Source: an uncultured Chthoniobacter sp. (lineage in GTDB: Bacteria; Verrucomicrobiota; Verrucomicrobiia; Chthoniobacterales; UBA6821). From it: a stretch of 64,000 nucleotides of DNA. The DNA lies in contig CAYOAN010000001.1 in assembly GCA_964402065.1 (NCBI GenBank), forward strand, positions 200,920 through 264,919, written 5' to 3'. The notes below the pieces were generated by a model, which was not told the origin of the DNA, did no database searches, and was given only the letters and a program-made list of their open reading frames with translations. Made by a program: the position numbers and the translations under genes. Shown here piece after piece: positions 55,796-61,705 of this stretch; the stretch's first letter is position 1, and each line of letters starts with the position of its first letter.

Positions 55796-56410
55796 TCAAA
55801 AGTAATCTTTTTTTATTTCAGTGTTAGCAGTGCCATTCTCCCGCATTTCCCATTTTCTTTTTTCCTTTGTAGTCAATTGATCAAGGTCCTTTTTTGAAGG
55901 GAACTTAAAGCTGATTAGTTTTGAAGAGCTCGTATCCCAATCTACATCAAAGATGCACATTTTTTGCTCTTTGAACGGACTACCTTTAAAAGGATAAACT
56001 CCATAAATCAACCTGGCATTTTTTTTAAAAAAATGAACACCTACAACAAAGTAATAAGATGGTTCCTGTATGGGAGGATCACAATCGTAAGCCATCCAAT
56101 GATTGTCTTGGTAATGAACAATGGTGGCCATTGACCCTCCTGATAAATGAGAAACGATAAACAATGATTTTGAATCAGGTGTCCATTTAATATTTTGTAT
56201 GGAAAGAACAAGAGATTTTGAAAAGTCATTTTTAGAGGTTAAGCAATTATGAATTGTTAAAACTGTTTCTCTATCCCCAATAACCAACCTCGCAATATAT
56301 TTTTTGTTTGGTGATGGATATTCTTCATGACGTTCATATGCAACAGCCTCTTGCCCATGTATTAGACAGGTTAAAAATAATGAAAATAAAAAATTGCGAA
56401 AGAAGTTCAT
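55796..56410 (-). CDS. Cassette partner protein A: 204-aa signal-peptide protein of unknown family (candidate immunity/inhibitor)
   Basis: MNFFRNFLFSLFLTCLIHGQEA signal-like N-terminus. Its ATG lies 2 nt after the stop of the upstream gene. SPNKKYIA / WTPDSKSLFIV are beta-propeller-blade-like strings. The paralogue is at 58041-58655. Confidence 0.8.
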   Translation of the reverse strand: MNFFRNFLFSLFLTCLIHGQEAVAYERHEEYPSPNKKYIARLVIGDRETVLTIHNCLTSKNDFSKSLVLSIQNIKWTPDSKSLFIVSHLSGGSMATIVHYQDNHWMAYDCDPPIQEPSYYFVVGVHFFKKNARLIYGVYPFKGSPFKEQKMCIFDVDWDTSSSKLISFKFPSKKDLDQLTTKEKRKWEMRENGTANTEIKKDYF

Positions 56411-56412
56411 AT

Positions 56413-57174
56413 TTAGGATCCAGATGGATAGTAAGTAACTGTAGCATAAATGTCTCTATCATGATTAAATTGGTCAGAAGGATCTGTTGGAACTGGCCCT
56501 AATCCACCACTTCGCTCTTTAATGCCTAATCCGAGATCCTGAGCAGCTTTGATAGAAATTTCACCAACGCTATCTTTTTCAGGACCAAAGTCTCCTACAA
56601 TTGATGAGATAGATTTTATATATTGAGTTGAGTCAATGATGATAGGCCTACCACCTATCATACGCCAAGCGTATGTATAAAAATATACAGTTACATCTGC
56701 TCTGTCTCCCTTTTTGACACCTTGATTAATTAACCATATAGGAGCAACAACATAGGAATCAGTATCAGCATTGAGAGCTTTGTTATTTCTATGAAATGAT
56801 GTGTCCCCCTTATGATCGTAATCTCCATGAGAAGGTCCCGTTCCATCATCATCAAGTTTAATTTGGCCGTTATATGTTAATGGCCCTCTTACCATCATGA
56901 GAGGTAATTCTTCTTTAAATTCAGAAGCATTCTCGTTACTTGACTGATTTTCATAATCAGTTTCAATATTTTTATCGACACTAGTATTTTGATATTCTGC
57001 AGGTGTCTCGCTTTCCTCATTGGTTACTTCATTGCTAGTAGAGTAACAACCAATGCTTGAATAACTGCTAGCTGAAGAGTCAGAGTTGTACTCCGGAATA
57101 CTACTATAGGCAATAAGTTGATTTGGAAATAAAGTAGTCCATAGACAAAAAAGAAGGAGGAAAAATGGTTTCAT
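56413..57174 (-). CDS. Cassette protein A: 253-aa secreted protein with a GH75-chitosanase / double-psi-beta-barrel-like C-terminal domain (candidate glycan-hydrolase effector)
   Basis: Signal peptide MKPFFLLLFCLWTTLFPNQLIA, then an acidic S/N/E-rich linker. Motif order: LDDDGTG, GDTSF, LNADTDSYVVAP, GDRADVTV, IVGDFGP..VGEISIKAAQDLG. Confidence 0.8.
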   Translation of the reverse strand: MKPFFLLLFCLWTTLFPNQLIAYSSIPEYNSDSSASSYSSIGCYSTSNEVTNEESETPAEYQNTSVDKNIETDYENQSSNENASEFKEELPLMMVRGPLTYNGQIKLDDDGTGPSHGDYDHKGDTSFHRNNKALNADTDSYVVAPIWLINQGVKKGDRADVTVYFYTYAWRMIGGRPIIIDSTQYIKSISSIVGDFGPEKDSVGEISIKAAQDLGLGIKERSGGLGPVPTDPSDQFNHDRDIYATVTYYPSGS

Positions 57175-57193
57175 GGTTTTAGATTAGGGTCCT

Positions 57194-57222
57194 TCTAAAA
57201 CTGCGTGCTGGTATATTGTCAA
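57194..57222 (-). promoter_or_regulatory. Sigma70-type promoter of cassette A
   Basis: Minus strand: TTGACA (57217-57222), 17-nt spacer, TTTAGA (57194-57199), about 20 nt upstream of ATG 57174. Preceded by TTTAAAC. Confidence 0.55.
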
Positions 57223-57302
57223 GTTTAAATATCGTTATTTCCATGGATGATCAGCTTTCTATTGTTGGTGAGAAGAGCTAACTTGGATTGTGCTTCTGCG
57301 TA

Positions 57303-57437
57303 TCACACAATAACGTGTCGCAGGATTCGCTCTGGATTAAAAGGAGATCCGCTTCCTGGGAGTCTGATAAGTTTATCCTTGATCATATTTTGCTCAAGTA
57401 GCTCACTCAGAATATGTGCTCGTTCCAACTCCGTGAA
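57303..57437 (-). pseudogene. 3'-terminal fragment of an unidentified gene, truncated by the family-1 copy at 57438
   Basis: Minus-strand frame reads ..FTELERAHILSELLEQNMIKDKLIRLPGSGSPFNPERILRHVIV* with no start codon. The frame begins exactly at the repeat boundary. Confidence 0.4.
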
Positions 57438-57515
57438 TAGAGCATGTTAAAAAATTCTATAACCGCGTATTGCGGCGTCACTCCAGTGCTCGAAGTCCCC
57501 AGTATGAGATATAAT
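57438..57515 (+). repeat. Family-1 element, truncated (left half only)
   Basis: TAGAGCATGTTAAAAAATTCTATAACCGCGTATTGCGGCGTCACTCCAGTGCTCGAAGTCCCCAGTATGAGATATA, after which homology is lost. Confidence 0.8.
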
Positions 57516-57548
57516 ACCCATTTAGGGGAGTGGGGTATAAGAAGATAA

Positions 57549-57917
57549 ATGTTAAATCTTTTGATTTCTTGAAAATTTAAAACCAAATTGGGATTGGTCG
57601 TTTATACAAGTTTCAGCTTTCAATTCTCTAAATAAAGATCAAGTAAGACCCCTACCAATTTATAAAAAGAATGGGATCCACCTCTGAGGCCAACTCGAGA
57701 TTTTCTCTTTTGAAAATCCTCCGAAGCGCTCTTCGCAGCCTGAAGCATGTGGATTGCGGCATTTAGCATTTGCTGTTAATGATCTCCAGGCCGCTGTTCA
57801 ATATTTGGTCGAGAGAGACATTGTCTGTGAACCAATTCGTATTGATGAATTGACGAGTAAACGATTTGTTTTTTCAACACTCCTGATGAGTTGCCATTGG
57901 AGCGTTATGAAAAATAG
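57549..57917 (+). pseudogene. Decayed VOC/glyoxalase-family (YaeR-like) pseudogene
   Basis: 57694-57917 reads LEIFSFENPPKRSSQPEACGLRHLAFAVNDLQAAVQYLVERDIVCEPIRIDELTSKRFVFF-NTPDELPLERYEK* only if 1 nt is restored in the T6 run at 57869-57874. There is an in-frame TGA at 57685-57687. The N-terminal half is eroded or shortened. Confidence 0.75.
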
Positions 57918-58040
57918 ACAAGATCAAGTACAAGGTGGAGAGTATAAGAATTTTTTAACTCTTCCAAAAATTTTTCGACAGATTCAATAAATTGTACCTA
58001 TCACCTTCTTCACTAGGAAAATAACCACGTCCGCGAAGAA

Positions 58041-58655
58041 TCAAAAGTAATCTTTTTTTATTTCAGTGTTAGCAGTGCCATTCTCCCACATTTCCCATTT
58101 TCTTTTTTCCTTTGTAGTCAATTGATCAAGGTCCTTTTTTGAAGGGAGCTTAAAGCTGATTAGTTTTGGAGAGCCGGTATTCCAGTCTACATCAAAAATG
58201 CATATTTTTTGTTCTTTGAACGGACTACCTTTGGAAGGATAAACTCCATAAACTAGCCTAGCAAATTTTTTGAAGAAGTGAGCTCCAACAACAAAGTAAT
58301 AGCATGGACCCTTTACAGGAGGATCACAATTGTAAGCCATCCAATGATTGTCTTGGTAATGAACAATGGTGGCCATCGATCCTCCTGATAAATGCTCAAC
58401 GATAAATAGTGATTTTGAATCAGGCGTCCATTGAATATTTTCTACACGGGAAATAAGAGCTTGTGAAAAATCATCTTTAGAGGTTAAGCAATTATGAATT
58501 GTTAAAACTGTTTCTCTATCCCCAATAACCAACCTCGCAATATATTTTTTGTTTGGTGATGGATATTCTTCATGACGTTCATATGCAACAGCCTCTTGCC
58601 CATGTATTAGACAGGTTAAAAATAATGAAAATAAAAAATTGCGAAAGAAGTTCAT
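58041..58655 (-). CDS. Cassette partner protein B: 204-aa signal-peptide protein (candidate immunity/inhibitor), paralogue of 55796-56410
   Basis: The first 60 aa are identical to copy A. The central region is diverged (DDFSQALISRVENIQW vs NDFSKSLVLSIQNIKW; PPVKGPCYY vs PPIQEPSYY). Same 2-nt coupling to the upstream gene. Confidence 0.8.
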   Translation of the reverse strand: MNFFRNFLFSLFLTCLIHGQEAVAYERHEEYPSPNKKYIARLVIGDRETVLTIHNCLTSKDDFSQALISRVENIQWTPDSKSLFIVEHLSGGSMATIVHYQDNHWMAYNCDPPVKGPCYYFVVGAHFFKKFARLVYGVYPSKGSPFKEQKICIFDVDWNTGSPKLISFKLPSKKDLDQLTTKEKRKWEMWENGTANTEIKKDYF

Positions 58656-58657
58656 AT

Positions 58658-59422
58658 TTAGGATCCAGATGGATAGTAAGTAACTGTAGCATAAATGTCT
58701 CTGTTTTGATTGACTTGATCATGAGGATCTGTTGGAACTGGTCCTAGTCCATTAGAGCGTTCCCTGATACCCAGTCCCAAATCCCTAGCTGCCTTGATAG
58801 ATATTTCACCGACGTCATCTTGCACAGGCCCAACATCTCCTACTATTGATGATATTGATTTTGTATAACAATTACAGGGGTAGGTTACTAAGTTATTATT
58901 GGCATCTAAGCCACTATTATATTCATAAAAATATACGGTTACATCGGCTCTATCTCCCCCTCTAACACCTTGACTGGATAACCATCCAGGAGCGACAACA
59001 TAGGAATCAGTATCAGCATTGAGAGCTTTGTTATTTCGATGAAATGCTGTATCGTTGTTGTGCTTTTTATCATTATGAGATGGTCCCGTTCCATCATCAT
59101 CAAGTTTAATTTGGCCGTTATATGTTAATGGCCCTCTTACCATCATGAGAGGTAATTCTTCTTTAAATTCAGAAGCATTCTCGTTACTTGACTGATTTTC
59201 ATAATCAGTTTCAATATTTTTATCGACACTAGTATTTTGATATTCTGCAGGTGTCTCGCTTTCCTCATTGGTTACTTCATTGCTAGTAGAGTAACAACCA
59301 ATGCTTGAATAACTGCTAGCTGAAGAGTCAGAGTTGTACTCCGGAATACCAGTATAGGCAATAAGTTGATTTGGAAATAAAGTAGTCCATAGACAAAAAA
59401 GAAAGAGGAAAAATGGTTTCAT
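58658..59422 (-). CDS. Cassette protein B: 254-aa secreted GH75/DPBB-like protein, paralogue of 56413-57174
   Basis: The N-terminal roughly 115 aa are nearly identical to copy A. The catalytic-domain core is diverged, but DDDGTG, LNADTDSYVVAP, GDRADVTV and IVGDVGP..VGEISIKAARDLG are retained. Confidence 0.8.
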   Translation of the reverse strand: MKPFFLFLFCLWTTLFPNQLIAYTGIPEYNSDSSASSYSSIGCYSTSNEVTNEESETPAEYQNTSVDKNIETDYENQSSNENASEFKEELPLMMVRGPLTYNGQIKLDDDGTGPSHNDKKHNNDTAFHRNNKALNADTDSYVVAPGWLSSQGVRGGDRADVTVYFYEYNSGLDANNNLVTYPCNCYTKSISSIVGDVGPVQDDVGEISIKAARDLGLGIRERSNGLGPVPTDPHDQVNQNRDIYATVTYYPSGS

Positions 59423-59441
59423 GGTTTTAGATTAGGGACCT

Positions 59442-59470
59442 TATAAAACTGCGTGCTGGTATATTGTCAA
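59442..59470 (-). promoter_or_regulatory. Sigma70-type promoter of cassette B
   Basis: Minus strand: TTGACA (59465-59470), 17-nt spacer, TTTATA (59442-59447). Conserved with cassette A. Confidence 0.55.
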
Positions 59471-59547
59471 GTTTAAATAGCATCGTAGTTATTGTAATTT
59501 TTGAACTATTATTACTTAGAAATTACATTAAGTTGATTTCATCTTAT

Positions 59548-59672
59548 TTAGGAACAAGCAGCGTTCGCATTCAGTCACGTTATCTTCGGATAGCGTCTCA
59601 GTCTTCGGCCTTGTCCTAAGAAAAAATGCCGGCGCTTCTAACGTCCCCCTTTTCAATTTAATACACTATAAT
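59548..59672 (+). repeat. Family-2 dispersed repeat (best-preserved copy)
   Basis: TTAGGAACAAGCAGCGTTCGCAT..CACGTTATCTTCGGATAGCGTCTCAGTCTTCGGCCTTGTCCTAAGAAAAAAT..CTTTTCAATTTAATACACTATAAT. Contains the hairpin CGTTATC-TTCG-GATAGCG (59578-59595). Confidence 0.75.
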
Positions 59673-59687
59673 TTTACTTAAAGTGGC

Positions 59688-60527
59688 CTAAGCGCCTAAA
59701 TCAATAGAGTGATTTTTTAATGCAGGTAGCCATTCTTGAGCCCAAGCAATAACGGTGTCGATTCCTCTTTCTAGCTCAATAGTTGGTTGCCATGAAAGAT
59801 CATGATGATACTGCGTAGATTCTAACAGCTCTTCTTTGTTTTGATGCTGGTGATCACCAATAAGGGTTACGACATCTTCAAAACTTACGTTCAGGCGATT
59901 GCAAATTAAAGACACAAGGTCTCGAACTGAAATGAGGTGATTGTTAGAAAAATGATAAATCTCTCCAGGGACTCCCTCGTAAACTACCCTGAAGATGCCG
60001 GCAGTGATGTCATTGATATGAATAAAGGCTTGCTTGGTGTGGCCACCATCATGAAGGAGAAATTTTTTTTCTGATAAAATAGAGAGAATGATTTTAGGAA
60101 TGAGCTCATGAACTTGCTGACCGGGGCCGTAAACATGACTCATTGGAGCTATGACAACAGAAGAAGTTTTGGTAGTTGTGTTCCGTTGATAGCAATTCTC
60201 CTTCAGTGAGGAAACAGAGACATACTTCAGAGGCTGATTTTTTAATTGATCATGAAAGTCGAGCTGAACATCACCCATGCAATGAATAATATAATCTGGA
60301 TTATAATCATTGATCATCGAGATGGCATTATCAGGATGAGCACCCAAACTGAGTTGCTTTAGGGTAAGGCGGTGAGCGCTTCCTACTTTCCAATGATAAG
60401 GTGTAAACGGAATACTTTTTTTGGGGACGTAGCTTATCCCTAGTACAGTGAGCCCTTGAGAGAGTGCATGGTGAACAAAATGACTTCCCGAAAAAGAATG
60501 ACTTCCAATAATAACGATTTTTTCCAT
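59688..60527 (-). CDS. Divergent NAD-dependent epimerase/dehydratase-family protein (catalytic motif apparently degenerate)
   Basis: 279 aa. The N-terminal Rossmann-like IVIIGSHSFSGSHF and HVYGPGQ are conserved. The region where S..YxxxK is expected is shortened (..ENCYQRNTTTKTS..), with no clear YxxxK. Confidence 0.75.
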   Translation of the reverse strand: MEKIVIIGSHSFSGSHFVHHALSQGLTVLGISYVPKKSIPFTPYHWKVGSAHRLTLKQLSLGAHPDNAISMINDYNPDYIIHCMGDVQLDFHDQLKNQPLKYVSVSSLKENCYQRNTTTKTSSVVIAPMSHVYGPGQQVHELIPKIILSILSEKKFLLHDGGHTKQAFIHINDITAGIFRVVYEGVPGEIYHFSNNHLISVRDLVSLICNRLNVSFEDVVTLIGDHQHQNKEELLESTQYHHDLSWQPTIELERGIDTVIAWAQEWLPALKNHSIDLGA

Positions 60528-60541
60528 GGTGTTAGATTTCC

Positions 60542-60562
60542 TCTGCAGGCTATAGCCTATAA
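60542..60562 (-). promoter_or_regulatory. Heptad array (minus strand: TTATAGG CTATAGC CTGCAGA) 14 nt upstream of the ATG
   Basis: Read directly. It coincides with the tail of the inverted family-2 copy. Confidence 0.45.
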
Positions 60563-60670
60563 AACTGAAAAGGGTGCGTTAGAAGCACAGAAATTTTTTC
60601 TTAGGACAAGGCTGAAGATTGAACCGCTATCTGAAGATAACCAGCCGTCTGAAAACAAAGTCTTAAGAAA
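60549..60670 (-). repeat. Family-2 dispersed repeat, inverted relative to 59548-59672
   Basis: The reverse complement reads ..GGTTATCTTCAGATAGCGGTTCAATCTTCAGCCTTGTCCTAAGAAAAAATTTCTGTGCTTCTAACGCACCCTTTTCAGTTTTATAGGCTATAG. About 85 percent identical by eye to the 59548 copy over the core. Confidence 0.7.
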
Positions 60671-60948
60671 AAAAAGAACAAGCTTAAGCCGTGCATGATA
60701 AATGATAGCAAGATGCTGTGCAAGGTGCAGGAACACGAGGAGGGTGAAAGAAAGCGATTCTACTTTTTAAGTAACAAAATACCTTGAACGCTTCGCAATA
60801 TGTTATCGACACGAGGCTAGTTTTAGTCACATTGGGAGAGTTCAAACAGAAATGCTTGAATGACCTTCCAGATGGAAATGAATTTCAATATGAAAATTCT
60901 TGATAACGCTGCAGGTCAGATTACATTTTTTATTTCCTACTTTTTTTC

Positions 60949-61692
60949 ATGAACACACTTTCTATTCGCAATCTTCATGCTTCCATTGGTGAGCAACCCA
61001 TTCTTCGAGGCCTTAATTTAGAGATTCCACAAGGAGAGGTTCACGCAATTATGGGAAAGAATGGTTCTGGAAAAAGCACGCTTGCTAAAGTCATGGCTGG
61101 ACATCCTGACTATACGGTTACGGAAGGAGAGGTGTTGCTCAATGGGCAAAATATTTTTGGTATGGAGCCAGATGAGCGTGCTCGTCTGGGACTTTTTCTC
61201 GCCTTTCAATATCCAATGGAAATTCCTGGTGTCACGATTGCTAATTTTATTCGAGCAGCATTGCAGGCTCGCCTTCCTGAAGGTGAAGAACTAGAAGCGA
61301 CAGAGTATTACGCTCAGCTTTATAAAAAAATGGACGAGCTGAGCATTCCTCGCACCTTCACTTCACGTGCTGTTAACGAAGGGTTCTCAGGTGGAGAAAA
61401 AAAACGCTGTGAAGTTTTACAGATGGCAATGCTACAACCTAGCTATGCTGTACTTGATGAAACTGATAGCGGTCTGGATATCGATGCGCTCAAAATTGTT
61501 TCTTCTGGAGTCAATGCGCTGCGAGGTCCCGGAGTTGGTATGCTGGTCATTACTCACTACCAAAGGCTCCTCAACTACATTGTCCCTGACAAGGTCCACG
61601 TGATGACCGAGGGACGAATTGTGATGAGTGGGGATAAAGATCTCGCTTTGAAATTAGAATCGGAAGGCTACGACTGGGTTAAAGCAGAATAA
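60949..61692 (+). CDS. sufC: Fe-S cluster assembly ATPase SufC
   Basis: 247 aa. Walker [23 protein letters not shown] signature, Walker [12 protein letters not shown]. Confidence 0.96.
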   Translation: MNTLSIRNLHASIGEQPILRGLNLEIPQGEVHAIMGKNGSGKSTLAKVMAGHPDYTVTEGEVLLNGQNIFGMEPDERARLGLFLAFQYPMEIPGVTIANFIRAALQARLPEGEELEATEYYAQLYKKMDELSIPRTFTSRAVNEGFSGGEKKRCEVLQMAMLQPSYAVLDETDSGLDIDALKIVSSGVNALRGPGVGMLVITHYQRLLNYIVPDKVHVMTEGRIVMSGDKDLALKLESEGYDWVKAE

Positions 61693-61705
61693 AACATGTA
61701 ATGTT

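Larger units (their letters stand above)
55775..57232 (-). repeat. Direct repeat unit A (about 1.46 kb) comprising promoter + 253-aa gene + 204-aa gene
   Basis: Aligns end to end with 58022-59477 (offset 2245-2248 bp). Homology starts at ATAACCACGTCC and ends after TTGTCAAGTTTAAAT. Confidence 0.95.
58022..59477 (-). repeat. Direct repeat unit B (about 1.46 kb) comprising promoter + 254-aa gene + 204-aa gene
   Basis: Paralogous to 55775-57232. Blocks of identity alternate with strongly diverged blocks. Confidence 0.95.

Noticed and set aside
57247-57450. 67-aa plus-strand ORF upstream of cassette A
   Set aside because: It is Cys/Ser/Leu-rich, with no motifs and no start context. The opposite strand carries a more protein-like, though headless, frame, and the 3' end runs into a repeat copy.
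57754-57990. 78-aa ORF called in the track as a possible small VOC-like gene
   Set aside because: It starts at a TTG in the middle of the VOC domain, and its C-terminal third is out of frame relative to the family consensus. It is the frameshifted remnant of the pseudogene at 57549-57917.
55775-59477. Duplicated cassette considered as a transposon or IS-mediated duplication
   Set aside because: No transposase, terminal inverted repeats or target-site duplication are visible at the unit boundaries. The copies are direct repeats with an unrelated 790-bp spacer. Segmental duplication followed by recombination explains this better than transposition.
60860-60948. AT-rich sequence upstream of sufC (..GAAATGAATTTCAATATGAAAATTCTTGATAACG..), considered as a Fur/IscR/SufR operator
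   Set aside because: It bears only a loose resemblance to a Fur box, and I found no clear dyad. It cannot be supported without a PWM scan or comparative data.
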